A stretch of 63,191 nucleotides of DNA, counting the filler, from a bacterium (GTDB lineage: Bacteria; JAJRZV01): assembly GCA_024275095.1 (NCBI GenBank). It is 4 parts of 4 records of this genome, joined end to end, with 100 filler letters (N's around TTAATTAATTAA, not from the genome) between each part and the next. Parts side by side here need not be neighbours in the genome. Positions count along the whole stretch, not along the records: positions 1 to 23,582 come from JAJRZV010000085.1; 3 more parts are not named here. One strand, given 5' to 3'. The notes beneath the pieces were generated by a model. The model was not told where the DNA came from. It saw only the letters and a list, made by a program, of their open reading frames with translations, and searched no databases. Positions 10,088 through 20,717 of this stretch are shown here, piece by piece (positions within the stretch are counted from its first letter, which is position 1; every line of letters begins with the position of its first letter). Made by a program: the position numbers and the translations under genes.

Positions 10088-11179
10088 TTACAGGTGTTCC
10101 CTGAGTTTTTCGAGGAGTTTTTTGGCTTCGGAGGAAAGACGTTTGGGTACAGTAATCTTAACCACTGCATATAGATCCCCGCGTCCGCCATCGGAAGAGG
10201 GGAAACCCTTGCCTTTAATTCGCAGTTTTGCTCCCGAATCCGTGCCTGGCGGAACCTTCACGCTGTAGATGCGTCCGTCCGGGGTTTCAACATCCACGTT
10301 TCCTCCCAGTGCAGCAGTAAGCATATCCACCGGCACATCCACGTAGAGGTCCCTACCCTCGCGGCGAAAACGTGAATCACCAAGCACATGAACCCGCAGG
10401 AACAAATCGCCTGGAGGAGCTCCGCCTACTCCGTCGTTACCCTTGCCTGCAATGCGGAGCCGTGTGCCCTCCTTCACGCCCGGCGGGATGGTAACTTCAA
10501 TACGTTCACGTGATTGGACCCGTCCAGAGGCTCCGCAGGCGCTGCATGGGACACCGGGTTGTTCGCCTGTGCCTCCACATTCCGGACAGGTGGCTGAGAC
10601 AAAAAGGAAACCCCGTGACTCTCGGATTTCGCCGGTACCATGGCACCGGGAGCAGGTACCACCACCTGAACCCGCACGCCGACCTGAACCTCCGCAATGA
10701 GAACAGCGAACCAGGCGAGATATTTCCACATCCCGGCGCGCTCCTGTGTACACATCAACAAGGGGCACTGTAATCTCCATCTCAATATCTTCACCCCTTG
10801 CAGGCGACCGGTAGGAAGCGCGTCTTCTTCCGCGTCCGGTAAATATTCCTTCAAAAAGGTCCTGAAACCCGCGACCGCCGCCAAAGAAGTCAAAACCCTC
10901 GAAATCTTTAAAAAAGTCAAAATTAAAGTTAAAACCACCCCTTCCGCCTCCGGCAAAGGCAGCCTCGCCAAGCATATCGTATTGTTTGCGTTTTTCCGGG
11001 TCGCTCAGTACCTGATAGGCTTCGTTGATTTCTTTGAACTTTTCCTCGGCTTCCTTGTCACCTTTGTTCAGGTCGGGGTGATACTTCTTGGCTAACCGAC
11101 GGTACGCCTCCTTGATTTCTTCCTGGGTGGCGTTCCGGCTCACTCCCAGGATCTTGTAATAATCTTTGTAAGGCGCCAT
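10088..11179 (-). CDS. dnaJ: Chaperone DnaJ
   Basis: J domain with HPD, G/F-rich region, four CxxCxGxG-type repeats, C-terminal domain. Confidence 0.95.
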   Translation of the reverse strand: MAPYKDYYKILGVSRNATQEEIKEAYRRLAKKYHPDLNKGDKEAEEKFKEINEAYQVLSDPEKRKQYDMLGEAAFAGGGRGGFNFNFDFFKDFEGFDFFGGGRGFQDLFEGIFTGRGRRRASYRSPARGEDIEMEITVPLVDVYTGARRDVEISRLVRCSHCGGSGRRAGSGGGTCSRCHGTGEIRESRGFLFVSATCPECGGTGEQPGVPCSACGASGRVQSRERIEVTIPPGVKEGTRLRIAGKGNDGVGGAPPGDLFLRVHVLGDSRFRREGRDLYVDVPVDMLTAALGGNVDVETPDGRIYSVKVPPGTDSGAKLRIKGKGFPSSDGGRGDLYAVVKITVPKRLSSEAKKLLEKLREHL

Positions 11180-11236
11180 TTCTCTCTCCCCGACCTCCTG
11201 GTGTATTTCTATTATTATCCCACATTTTTACAGAAC

Positions 11237-13177
11237 TCAGTTGCCTCCTTTATCATCTTTTTCCCGATATTCAGCATCAATTACATCTCCCCGGTCTCCT
11301 GAAGATGCTTCTGATGCACTTTCAGTACCGGAAGAGGCTTCACCCGCCTGGGCACCACCCGGCGCACCCGGGGAAGAGGCCTGCTGACGATAAAGAATTT
11401 CCGCAACCTTGTGGGACGCCTGTTCTATGCGTTCTATGGCCCGGCGCAGCTCATTGATATCTTCACTGTCTATCACCTTTTTCGCATCGCTGATGGCATT
11501 CTCTACCGCCACCTTTTCTTCGGCCGGGATTTTATCCCCGTGTTCGCGCAAAATCTTCTCTGTATTGTATATAAGAGTGTCCAGACGATTACGTGTTTCC
11601 ACCCGTTCCTTTTTTCTGCGGTCTTCTTCGGCATGGGCTTCTGCTTCTTTTACCATCCGCTCGATTTCTTCCTCAGTAAGACCGCTGGAGCCGGTAATGG
11701 TAATGGCCTGCTGTTTACCTGTGGCAAGGTCCTTTGCAGACACGTTGAGAATGCCATTGGCATCAATATCAAAGGTCACCTCGATCTGTGGCACACCCCG
11801 TGGAGCCGGCGGAATGCCCTCCAGACGAAAACGTCCGAGGGAGCGATTGTCCCTTGCCATGGGTCTTTCACCCTGGAGCACGTGGATTTCCACCGTGGTC
11901 TGGTTATCCTCAGCCGTGGTAAAGATTTCCGTTTTGCGTACAGGAATGGTGGTGTTCCGCTCTATGAGCTTTGTGAAAACCCCACCGAGAGTCTCCACAC
12001 CCAGGGAAAGGGGCACCACATCCAGCAACAGGATGTCTTTCATTTCGCCGGCGAGAACCGCTGCCTGAACAGCAGCACCGACGGCAACCACCTCATCAGG
12101 ATTCACACCGCGGTGAGGTTCGCGACCGAAGAAATCTTTTACCATCTCCTGAACCTTGGGGATGCGGGTGGAACCCCCTACGAGTACAACTTCATCAATA
12201 TCGGAAGGTTTCAAGCCTGCATCCTTGAGAGCCTGCTCGCAGGGTCGAATTGTCTTCTCCAGCAAATCTGTCACCAGTGATTCAAACTTGGAACGTGTGA
12301 GTTTCTTGTACAGGTGCTTGGGTCCGGATGCATCTGCTGTAATAAACGGGAGGTTGATTTCCGTCTCCTGCAGCGTGGAAAGTTCAATCTTCGCCTTTTC
12401 TGCCGCATCCTTTAACCGCTGCATGGCCATGGGATCCTTTGTCAGGTCTATTCCCGTCTCGTTTTTAAACTCTTCCACAAGCCAGTTGATAATCCGCTGG
12501 TCCAGGTCATCACCACCCAGGTGTGTATCCCCGTTGGTAGCCTTAACCTCGACAATATTGTCTCCTACTTCCAGAATGGAAATATCAAATGTGCCTCCTC
12601 CAAAGTCATACACAGCAATTTTGGCGTTCTTCTTTTTATCCAGACCGTACGCAAGAGCTGCGGCAGTGGGCTCATTGATGATTCGTTTCACATCGAGCCC
12701 GGCAATGCGTCCCGCGTCCTTGGTTGCCTGACGCTGTGCATCGTTGAAATATGCAGGTACGGTAATAACCGCACCTGTCACCGGTTCGCCCAGGTACGCC
12801 TCTGCATCCTTCTTAAGCTTCATGAGCACGCGAGCGGAGATCTCCGGGGGCGAGTACACCTTGCCCATCACCTCAACACGAGCATCATCGTGTGGTCCAC
12901 GCACGACTTTATACGGCACCCGCTTGATCTCTTCTGAGACTTCCTCGTAGCGTCTGCCCATGAAACGCTTTATGGAAAAGACTGTATTTTCAGGATTGGT
13001 TATCGCCTGTCTCTTGGCAATCTGCCCCACAATCACCTCTCCTTCTTTCGTAAACCCCACAACAGAAGGAGTGAGGTTGGACCCTTCTGCATTGGGTATC
13101 ACCTTCGGCTGGCCACCTTCCATGATAGCCATTACGGAATTGGTCGTGCCCAGGTCAATGCCTATGATCTTGCCCAT
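11237..13177 (-). CDS. dnaK: Chaperone DnaK
   Basis: [49 protein letters not shown]. Start placed at ATG 13177 behind the RBS AAGGAGG. Confidence 0.98.
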   Translation of the reverse strand: MGKIIGIDLGTTNSVMAIMEGGQPKVIPNAEGSNLTPSVVGFTKEGEVIVGQIAKRQAITNPENTVFSIKRFMGRRYEEVSEEIKRVPYKVVRGPHDDARVEVMGKVYSPPEISARVLMKLKKDAEAYLGEPVTGAVITVPAYFNDAQRQATKDAGRIAGLDVKRIINEPTAAALAYGLDKKKNAKIAVYDFGGGTFDISILEVGDNIVEVKATNGDTHLGGDDLDQRIINWLVEEFKNETGIDLTKDPMAMQRLKDAAEKAKIELSTLQETEINLPFITADASGPKHLYKKLTRSKFESLVTDLLEKTIRPCEQALKDAGLKPSDIDEVVLVGGSTRIPKVQEMVKDFFGREPHRGVNPDEVVAVGAAVQAAVLAGEMKDILLLDVVPLSLGVETLGGVFTKLIERNTTIPVRKTEIFTTAEDNQTTVEIHVLQGERPMARDNRSLGRFRLEGIPPAPRGVPQIEVTFDIDANGILNVSAKDLATGKQQAITITGSSGLTEEEIERMVKEAEAHAEEDRRKKERVETRNRLDTLIYNTEKILREHGDKIPAEEKVAVENAISDAKKVIDSEDINELRRAIERIEQASHKVAEILYRQQASSPGAPGGAQAGEASSGTESASEASSGDRGDVIDAEYREKDDKGGN

Positions 13178-13213
13178 GACAACCTCCTTCACCGTCAGAT
13201 TTTTTGCACTTTA

Positions 13214-13242
13214 AATTTAGGCTTCCTCTCCAGCCCCGTCAA
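13214..13242 (-). promoter_or_regulatory. Putative sigma70-type promoter of dnaK
   Basis: TTGACG-N17-TAAATT on the minus strand, just downstream of the hsp20 terminator. Confidence 0.55.
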
Positions 13243-13255
13243 ACCAATAATCTAT

Positions 13256-13289
13256 AAAATAAAAAAGGGGGGGATAAACACCCCCCTCT
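13256..13289 (-). terminator. Intrinsic terminator after hsp20
   Basis: Minus strand reads AGAGGGGGG-TGTTTAT-CCCCCCC-TTTTTTATTTT: a G/C stem followed by a U tract. Confidence 0.75.
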
Positions 13290-13312
13290 ACACTACCGGA
13301 CCTGCAGGCAGG

Positions 13313-13753
13313 TTATTCGATTTTTACTTCCCTGGGCTTTGCCTCTTCTTTTTTGGGCAGTACAACCTCCAGCACCCCGTCTTTATAGGCAGCTTTTATC
13401 CTGTCACGATCCACATTGGATGGCAGTGAGAAGGACCGCTGGAAGCTTCCGTAGGCCCGTTCAATCCGATGATAGTTTTCCTCCTTCACTTCCTTCTCCA
13501 CTTTCTTCTCGCCCTTCAGGGTAATCACACCGTCCTGGACCTCGATTTTGATATCTTCCTTACTCACACCGGGTATTTCTGCCTTGAGTACAATCTCGTT
13601 ATCCGTTTCATATATGTCAACTGCTGGCACGAAGCCTCCCGCAAGGTCCAGGTCGGTGCTCCTGAAGCGGCGGAAGGACTCTTCAAAGAGCTTGTTCATT
13701 CTGTCCTGCAGATCCAGCAGGTCTCTGAAAGGATCCCACCTCATGATGGTCAT
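13313..13753 (-). CDS. Small heat shock protein (Hsp20/alpha-crystallin)
   Basis: WDPFRDL, PAVDIYET, ERAYGSFQRSFSLP, AYKDGVLEVVLPK. Confidence 0.95.
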   Translation of the reverse strand: MTIMRWDPFRDLLDLQDRMNKLFEESFRRFRSTDLDLAGGFVPAVDIYETDNEIVLKAEIPGVSKEDIKIEVQDGVITLKGEKKVEKEVKEENYHRIERAYGSFQRSFSLPSNVDRDRIKAAYKDGVLEVVLPKKEEAKPREVKIE

Positions 13754-13810
13754 GGTTTCTCACCTCCTTTTTTCAAGTTTCGCACTGCTCTTCTTTATTT
13801 TCCAATATTT

Positions 13811-13838
13811 AATTTAAGTCAGGCTGCACGAGTGTCAA
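13811..13838 (-). promoter_or_regulatory. Putative sigma70-type promoter of hsp20
   Basis: TTGACA-N16-TAAATT; the -10 hexamer is the same as in the dnaK candidate. Confidence 0.45.
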
Positions 13839-13947
13839 CCTGGCCTGATTAACCGGTCAGTAAAAAAAAGTCTGATATGCGTTGAGGAATGTTCCCCTTA
13901 TTGATTTATATGAAAAAATACAACAACCAGAACCTCTGGAGGCCAAC

Positions 13948-16900
13948 ATGCGAACGGGCATAGATGTGGGTTCTTATTATCTCAAAATTGCCTGCCTCGA
14001 TGAAAACGGTCAGCTCCTGCACACCTTATTTAAGCCACACAGCGGCAAGCCGGGAGAACTCATCACCAGCAGCACGATTCAAAAATTGGTGCATCCGGGT
14101 GCAGGAGTGACAGGGGCGCTTGGCCATCTGGTACTCACTGAAAAATTCGTACCGGTTGATGAAGTACAGAGCCTCATCACCGGGACATGGCATCTTGCAG
14201 GCCCCTTTGAAAACCTCATCTATCTGGGCGCGAGTTCCATATCCCTGATCAGGGTCAACTATCGCGGGGAACTGCTCGACCTGCGCACCAATTCCATGTG
14301 TGCGGCGGGTACCGGTTCATTTCTCGACCAGCAGGCACAACGCATGGGCGTAAACTTTGAAGAGACAGGACGTTTTGCAAGCACGGACAATCCGCCTTCC
14401 ATTGCTGCACGCTGTTCTGTGTTTGCCAAATCGGACCTGATTCACCGCCAGCAGGAAGGTTACTCTGTCCCCGAGCTATGGTGCGGCCTCTGCCGGGGTC
14501 TCTCGCTAACCATTGCAGGCACGCTTCTGCGCGGTGAACGCCTGCGCGGCCGCACAGTGGTGGTTGGAGGCGTTGCTCTGAACAGGGAGGTCGTCAAATA
14601 CCTGAAAGAAAAAATCCCCGAACTCATCGTGCCGGAGCACCCGCACGTGGCTGCAGCTACAGGTGCGGCACTTCTGGCCGAAAATCCGGATGCGAGAAGC
14701 ACCGCAACTCGACCGGCGGTGTACTTCCATCAAACCGGTGGCAGAGAAAAGCATCAGAGGCCGCCTCTGGTGTTACATCTATCACGCATCCCTGAAGATA
14801 CGGTGTTTCGCTCTTACGTGGATACCGAAGGCAACGAGGTGCGCATAATACGACCCCTCCAAAAAAGTGAACCCGTGGCTCTGGGAATGGATGTGGGGTC
14901 CACATCCACCAAGCTCGCCCTTCTCACTCCTGAGGGAGAAATCATTGTGGATATCTACCGTCGCACGGCAGGCGATCCCATCGGAGCCATGAAGAAGCTC
15001 CTGAAGGCGGTGGAGACTATTCAAGAAGAAGAAAATACCAGTTTTTGCGTGCTCGCCTGTGGAACGACCGGGTCTGGCAGAAAGCTTGTTGGTGCCATTA
15101 TGGGCGCTGACAGGGTGGTCAATGAAATCACCGCCCATGCCCGCGGAGCACGCATGCTTTTTGGCGATGACATCGAAACCATTTTCGAAATCGGCGGCCA
15201 GGACTCCAAGTACATTCACATGAAACAGGGTCGTGTGGATAACGTGAACATGAACTACGTGTGTGCAGCAGGGACAGGATCTTTCGTGGAGGAACAGGCG
15301 GCCAAGCTGGGAATACGCGTACAGGAGATTGGAGACCTTGTCATGGGCGTTTCCCCACCGCACACTTCCGAACGGTGTACGGTGTTCATGGAGCAGGACG
15401 TAGAAAAGCTGCTGCGCGAAGGGGCATCCCGCGAAGAAGTGATCGCGGCAGTGCTCTATTCGGTCTGTGTTAACTACCTCACAAAAGTCGTGGGCAACCG
15501 CCCGATCACGGGCAAAAGAATCCTTTTCCAGGGTGCCACCGCGCGAAACAAAGGTCTTGTGGCCGCATTTGAAAACCTGTTGAACCGCGAAATTCTCACT
15601 TCACCTTTCTGTCATGTAACAGGAGCTATCGGTGCGGCTCTTCTGGCGCTGGAAGAGACGAAAAGGGAAAACACTGAAACCTCCTTTCGCGGCTGGAGTA
15701 TCCACCGCAAACACATAGAGGTAAACTACTCTCACTGCGACCTGTGCGCCAACAATTGCAAAATCACCTTTGCCCGCATTGAAGGAGTAAAAGAAGTTCC
15801 TTCCTGGGGTTACATGTGCGGCCGCGACCCTGAAGACTCCGGTCGCAAACACAACCGGCACTACGAACCTTTTGAACTGCGCACCTCTCTTTTCCTGCGT
15901 GCCGGCGTACAGAAAATCCGCAAGCGAAGAAAAGAGAAAATCGTTATACCCCGCGCTTTAAGCACCTATGCCTTCCTGCCCCTCTGGCGTGCATTTTTCA
16001 GCCATCTTGGTTTTCCCCTGACACTCACCCGTCCCACTGACCGGCACATTGCAGAAAAGGGAGTTGATGCTTCTTCTGCAGACTTTTGCTACCCGGTAAA
16101 AGTTTTCATCGGGCATGCACTGGAGGCAGCGGAAAAAGGAGACTACGTATTTATCCCTCATGTCATCGCCGGCGAAAAACCCAGATACACTGTCAATTCT
16201 GCCTTTTGCCCTTACGTCCAGGCTGGTCCCTCCATCGTGCGCGCTTCAGAAAGTGTAGCGGAGGCCCTGAAAGATAAGCTCCTTGCTCCGGTCATCGATT
16301 TTGCACGGCCGGACTGGCTCAATGTTGCAGACCTTGCAAAGGCCCTGGAACCCCTGGGTATCAACCAGTTCCAGGTGGCACGGGCCTGGAAAAAAGGGCT
16401 GGAAGTCCTTCAGGCATATCGTGAACAGTGTCTGATGGAAGGTCGCCGCATACTGAAAGAGGTTAACGAAAAAGGTGAAAAAGCCGTTGTGGTGGTGGGG
16501 CGTTATTACAACATGTACGACAGCGGCATCAATCTGGACCTCCCGCGCAAGCTCTCGGAACTGGGCTTCACGGTGATTCCCTACGAGTACCTGCCCTTCG
16601 ACGAAAAAGACCTGGGCGAGTTTTTCCAGGGGATGTTCTGGTACTACGGCCAGCGCATCATCAATGCAGCAAAACTCGTAAAAAAACATGACAACCTCTT
16701 CCTGCTGTACCTCACCAATTTTTCCTGCGGACCGGACTCTTTTTTGCTCACATACGTGGAAGAAATCCTTGGTCGCAAACCATACCTTATTTTAGAACTC
16801 GACGAACACGGGGCTGATGCCGGTTACGGAACACGCCTTGAGGCATTTGCCGATGTGGTAAAAGAGTGGGAAAAGGAAAAGGAAGAAAAAAATTACATAT

Positions 16901-18120
16901 ACGTGAAACCCCGCAGTGATGACTTTCGTTCCCGGCTCATACTCATTCCACCCATGCACCCCTCAGGTGCCGCCATGTTTGCTGCCGCCTTTCGCAAGCA
17001 CGGCTACAGAGCGGAAGTCCTGCCACCGGTAACCATCGACCAGTTCGAAAAGGGCCGTTCACTCACCAGAGGCTCGGAATGCCTGCCAACTCAAGTCACA
17101 ACGGGCAACATCGTGACCTACATTGAAAAATGTGGTCTGGAGCCCCATGAAATCGCGGTATTCATGCCCACCAGTGACGGCCCATGCCGTTTCGGTCAGT
17201 ACTCTGTGCTCCAGCGCATTATCCTCAACAAGCTGGGTTACGAAGATGTACTGATTCTTTCACCCTCGGGACAGAACACCTATCTTGGACTTGAAGGTGC
17301 GCTTCGAAAGGACCTCTGGCGGGGCATTCTCATCGGCGACATCCTTTTCAAGGCTTACTGTCACACGGCACCCTGTGAAGTTGAAAAAGGCAGAGCGCGC
17401 CTGCTTTTTGAAACACTCACGCAGGAAGCATCCGACGCGTTTGCCAGGGGAGAAGAATTCACCGACATCATCCGCACGGTTGTGCGGCGATTTGAAAAGC
17501 TGCCACAACAGCAGAAAAACGTTCCTCTGGTGGGGATTGTGGGCGAGATATTCGTGCGCTGCAACCCCTACTCCTGTGACTATGTGGTTGACTGGATTAT
17601 CGAAGCAGGAGCTGAGCCGTGGCTGGCTCCTGTCAGCGAGTGGATTCTCTACACCACCTATATTTATAAATACAAGGCGCGCAAGTACATGAACCTGAAG
17701 GATATCTTTGCCTCGCATCTGAGGAACAACTTCCTCCATCAGGTGGAACATCGAGCATACCAGGCAGCGGGTGAATTCCTGGCCGGGAGACACGAACCTC
17801 CAATGGAACAGATCGTTGAAGCAGGCAAACGCTACTTCCCGGTGGACTTCACCGGGGAAGCGATCATCACCGTGGGAAGAGCCGTCCTGTTTATAGAACA
17901 GGGAGCATCCTTGGTTGTCAATGCCTCACCCTTCACCTGTATGCCGGGTACAACCACCAGCGCAGTGTTTCGAAAAATCAGCACCGAAACAGGTGTGCCT
18001 GTGGTAAACATGTTTTATGATGGTTCTCTGGGTGTTAACGAAAAAGTAGCTGTGTTTCTCAGAAACCTGAAAAGAACCCTTGAGGAAAAACAATACCAGA
18101 AAAGCTTTCTCAGTGCCTGA
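13948..18120 (+). CDS. Acyl-CoA dehydratase activase fusion (two BadF/BcrAD ASKHA domains plus DUF2229-like CoA-enzyme domains)
   Basis: GIDVGS and GMDVGSTSTK; two CAAGTGSF motifs; RCSVFA and RCTVFM; EIGGQDSK; CYPVK, CPYVQ, FSCGPD, GPCRFGQY, PFTCMPG. Start at ATG 13948 with GGAGG. Confidence 0.88.
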   Translation: MRTGIDVGSYYLKIACLDENGQLLHTLFKPHSGKPGELITSSTIQKLVHPGAGVTGALGHLVLTEKFVPVDEVQSLITGTWHLAGPFENLIYLGASSISLIRVNYRGELLDLRTNSMCAAGTGSFLDQQAQRMGVNFEETGRFASTDNPPSIAARCSVFAKSDLIHRQQEGYSVPELWCGLCRGLSLTIAGTLLRGERLRGRTVVVGGVALNREVVKYLKEKIPELIVPEHPHVAAATGAALLAENPDARSTATRPAVYFHQTGGREKHQRPPLVLHLSRIPEDTVFRSYVDTEGNEVRIIRPLQKSEPVALGMDVGSTSTKLALLTPEGEIIVDIYRRTAGDPIGAMKKLLKAVETIQEEENTSFCVLACGTTGSGRKLVGAIMGADRVVNEITAHARGARMLFGDDIETIFEIGGQDSKYIHMKQGRVDNVNMNYVCAAGTGSFVEEQAAKLGIRVQEIGDLVMGVSPPHTSERCTVFMEQDVEKLLREGASREEVIAAVLYSVCVNYLTKVVGNRPITGKRILFQGATARNKGLVAAFENLLNREILTSPFCHVTGAIGAALLALEETKRENTETSFRGWSIHRKHIEVNYSHCDLCANNCKITFARIEGVKEVPSWGYMCGRDPEDSGRKHNRHYEPFELRTSLFLRAGVQKIRKRRKEKIVIPRALSTYAFLPLWRAFFSHLGFPLTLTRPTDRHIAEKGVDASSADFCYPVKVFIGHALEAAEKGDYVFIPHVIAGEKPRYTVNSAFCPYVQAGPSIVRASESVAEALKDKLLAPVIDFARPDWLNVADLAKALEPLGINQFQVARAWKKGLEVLQAYREQCLMEGRRILKEVNEKGEKAVVVVGRYYNMYDSGINLDLPRKLSELGFTVIPYEYLPFDEKDLGEFFQGMFWYYGQRIINAAKLVKKHDNLFLLYLTNFSCGPDSFLLTYVEEILGRKPYLILELDEHGADAGYGTRLEAFADVVKEWEKEKEEKNYIYVKPRSDDFRSRLILIPPMHPSGAAMFAAAFRKHGYRAEVLPPVTIDQFEKGRSLTRGSECLPTQVTTGNIVTYIEKCGLEPHEIAVFMPTSDGPCRFGQYSVLQRIILNKLGYEDVLILSPSGQNTYLGLEGALRKDLWRGILIGDILFKAYCHTAPCEVEKGRARLLFETLTQEASDAFARGEEFTDIIRTVVRRFEKLPQQQKNVPLVGIVGEIFVRCNPYSCDYVVDWIIEAGAEPWLAPVSEWILYTTYIYKYKARKYMNLKDIFASHLRNNFLHQVEHRAYQAAGEFLAGRHEPPMEQIVEAGKRYFPVDFTGEAIITVGRAVLFIEQGASLVVNASPFTCMPGTTTSAVFRKISTETGVPVVNMFYDGSLGVNEKVAVFLRNLKRTLEEKQYQKSFLSA

Positions 18121-18129
18121 TAAAATCAA

Positions 18130-18201
18130 AGGCGGCGCCGGGATTCGAACCCGGGTATTGCGGTTTTGCAGACCGCTGCCTTACCACTTGGCTACGCCGC
18201 C
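18130..18201 (-). tRNA. tRNA-Cys (GCA), CCA not encoded
   Basis: GGCGGCGTAGCCAAGTGGTAAGGCAGCGGTCTGCAAAACCGCAATACCCGGGTTCGAATCCCGGCGCCGCCT folds as a cloverleaf. Confidence 0.95.
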
Positions 18202-18213
18202 TTTTATTTTTCT

Positions 18214-18242
18214 ATTATAAAAAAGCCCGCTCACTAAAACAA
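18214..18242 (-). promoter_or_regulatory. Putative promoter of tRNA-Cys
   Basis: TTGTTT-N17-TATAAT ending 12 nt upstream of the tRNA. Confidence 0.5.
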
Positions 18243-18405
18243 TCCACACTTCAATCCTTCAGGTCAACCTCACCTAAAACCCACAAACTTTTCAAAACTT
18301 TTTATTCACACCAAATCTTGAAAGCAACTTAAATCTACTGGTTGGCCCGGGAAGCGGGATTTTCGTATTAAAATAAAAGCCTGACTCAACCGGAGTGAGG
18401 GAAAA

Positions 18406-19740
18406 ATGTACGACAACAAAAACAAAACATTCTTGGTTGCAAGATTCATCTTTACAATTGTCACGGGAGTGTGTGCGGGGATTGGATGTTCACACCAGAA
18501 AATGGTTGACGTGGTTGTTGTGGGAGGTGGATTGGCCGGGCTTGCCGCAACGTATGAAATCCAGGCTCCGGGAGTAAAAGTCCTTCTTCTGGAAAAGGAA
18601 AAGCGACTGGGAGGACGCATCCAGACCCGGAATCACAACGGTGAACCCTATGAGAAAGGCGCGCTTTTTGCGTATTCCAGCATAATGGTTCCACCAGAAT
18701 GTGGAAAACCATCCCCCCGGATATTCAACCGAAAACCCGTGGGATTCTCTTTAAACGGGACAGTGTATCTGGGCCGCTCCGTCCGTCTGGCCATGGAGAA
18801 ATACAACTGGAGCCCGCGGGAACGTGAAATCCTTGAGCATGTGTTTAAAAGCCACGAGGTAGGCACCGCCTTTGCCTTTCCGCATCTGATTCAAGTATTC
18901 GCGGCCTTTTTCAATGCCATTCATCCCGGGGAGCTTAAGAAGTACCTGAAAGTGCGCTGGCAGGATTCACTTATCCGCTGGCCTGTCAGTGAAAGAAAGA
19001 ACGGGAATTCTGAACTCGTCGAGTTTTATACCAAGTGCATACAAGCAGGCGTGCTTCTTAACGCGAAAGTGTTGCGGGTGGAGGAGACGGGCGGTCACCG
19101 CGTTAAGGTCACGTATACGTACAAAGGAAAGCGGCGCCAGGTGGTGTCCCGGTATGTTGTTGTTGCTGTACCCGCCCCCATTGCGAACGAAATCGTTATG
19201 AACAAAAAACCAGTGGTGGCGGAATTCTTGCAGTCGGTAAGGTACGTTCCAGGATTCGTGGTTGTCCTTTTTGTTCCTCCTGGCAAGGTTATTGACTTCA
19301 GTTACGTGGTCTTTGCTGATGGAGAAGCAAGTTCCGTGTTTGCAATGCCATGCGTAAGAAAAAACTGTACAAAGCTGTATGTGTACTATGCCCGGGACAG
19401 GGCCGTAAAAATGAGCACGCTGCCTGTAAAAAAAGCTGTAAGTCGTACTGTGCGTGAATTGAAGCGTGCCGGTGTGGGCTCTCTCTCCATCGGGGACGTA
19501 CTGTTTGCAGACACCGGTTTCTGGCAATACCTTGCACCGGTAATAGACGCAGCGTTCGAGCGGATTGACGCTCGTGGCTATATCTTCGCTTCGGAACACG
19601 TCATTCTCGCCGGCGAGTACGCGTGGGGGCAGCCCGTAACAGCATCAGCGGGTATAATGCCTTACGGCATGTACGCTGCTTATCGAAGCGGAGTGGCCGC
19701 GGGAGAGACTGTAGCCACTCTTCTGGGAGAGAAAAGATGA
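18406..19740 (+). CDS. FAD-dependent oxidoreductase (flavin amine oxidase/HemY-like), probable lipoprotein
   Basis: DVVVVGGGLAGL, LLEK..RLGGRI.T, YEKGA and C-terminal AGEY...GMYAAYRSG. A hydrophobic N-terminus ends in GIGC (lipobox-like). Confidence 0.8.
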   Translation: MYDNKNKTFLVARFIFTIVTGVCAGIGCSHQKMVDVVVVGGGLAGLAATYEIQAPGVKVLLLEKEKRLGGRIQTRNHNGEPYEKGALFAYSSIMVPPECGKPSPRIFNRKPVGFSLNGTVYLGRSVRLAMEKYNWSPREREILEHVFKSHEVGTAFAFPHLIQVFAAFFNAIHPGELKKYLKVRWQDSLIRWPVSERKNGNSELVEFYTKCIQAGVLLNAKVLRVEETGGHRVKVTYTYKGKRRQVVSRYVVVAVPAPIANEIVMNKKPVVAEFLQSVRYVPGFVVVLFVPPGKVIDFSYVVFADGEASSVFAMPCVRKNCTKLYVYYARDRAVKMSTLPVKKAVSRTVRELKRAGVGSLSIGDVLFADTGFWQYLAPVIDAAFERIDARGYIFASEHVILAGEYAWGQPVTASAGIMPYGMYAAYRSGVAAGETVATLLGEKR

Positions 19741-20717
19741 AAAAGCAGGGTAACGGAACACGGAGTCTCCTGTTTATTCTGGGGTTGGCGGTTTTGATTG
19801 CAGGTGCTGCCGTATTTGCCTTTAAAAAGAGAGCTCATCTCTCCATTGGTGACCCGCTTACCTTGTGTACTGTTTATCGCATTCACGACAACCGGCCTGT
19901 GTTTGTAAAAACCACACTCGATGGGAATGTGGCTTTTTACGGGCTCATCCTCCAGTCAACGGGAAACGAAAAAATTGCTGAATACCTGCTTTCTAAAAGT
20001 TTGGGAGGGTTATGGGAGTATCACGACGGCTACGGTGTCACCTCTGCAGACAGCGCATTTGTTATTGAAGGACTTCTTTCAGCCGGTTACGAAGGTATGG
20101 CGAGGAGAAGCCTGGAGATTATCGTAAATAAATATTACTCCCGCGAGAAGGGAACGTTCCTGGCACTGAGGCCCCATGAAGGCGGGGCCCCGTACTGGAG
20201 CTTGCCGGCGGTGGAAACAGCAGCGCACATTGCGTATCTTCTTTACATCGCTTTTGGAGGAAGGCGGTACCGGGAGCAAATACTTTCCACGGCCAAGTTC
20301 GTGGCAAAAAATCAGCAGTCAGACGGCGGTTGGCAGAGCACGTGGTTCCCTTCGCGTACTCTCCCGGTTTTTTACGCGGTACGCTTGCTCAGGCTGTTCC
20401 GGGAGCAGTACGTTGATAATCTTGCCCGGGCTGAGAATTACCTGCTCCGAATGCAGAACAAAGACGGGAGCTGGAACGAAAGATTTATCGAGACAGCCGC
20501 AGCCCTGCGCGCGTTGAATGTCCTTGGAGCCTCTCACATCAACGCATATGAAAAGGGAGTGCAATGGCTCCACGATCATCTTAACGATGCAAAGGGTAAA
20601 GGGGAACCCGTGCTTTTCTACGGGATAAAAAGAAAAAAGCAGGTGTTTTTCGTTCATTGTTCTGATACCGGCCTGGTAACAAAAGCGTGGATAACGCTGG
20701 CACTGAAGGGTAAATGA
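19737..20717 (+). CDS. Prenyltransferase/squalene-cyclase (QW) repeat protein, membrane-anchored
   Basis: ATGA overlap with the upstream gene, N-terminal TM, QW-type motifs NQQSDGGW and MQNKDGSW, KGVQWL. Confidence 0.65.
   Translation: MKKQGNGTRSLLFILGLAVLIAGAAVFAFKKRAHLSIGDPLTLCTVYRIHDNRPVFVKTTLDGNVAFYGLILQSTGNEKIAEYLLSKSLGGLWEYHDGYGVTSADSAFVIEGLLSAGYEGMARRSLEIIVNKYYSREKGTFLALRPHEGGAPYWSLPAVETAAHIAYLLYIAFGGRRYREQILSTAKFVAKNQQSDGGWQSTWFPSRTLPVFYAVRLLRLFREQYVDNLARAENYLLRMQNKDGSWNERFIETAAALRALNVLGASHINAYEKGVQWLHDHLNDAKGKGEPVLFYGIKRKKQVFFVHCSDTGLVTKAWITLALKGK

Noticed and set aside
13195..13880. CIRCE (HrcA) or HAIR (HspR) operators upstream of dnaK and hsp20
   Set aside because: Only half-site resemblances (TTGACACTC, AAGTGCAAA) with no matching partner at the 9-nt spacing, and no CTTGAGT-N7-ACTCAAG.
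18130..18201. tRNA-Cys as an integration site for the neighbouring accessory block
   Set aside because: The block lies on the 5' side of the tRNA. I saw no integrase and no direct repeat of the tRNA 3' end.
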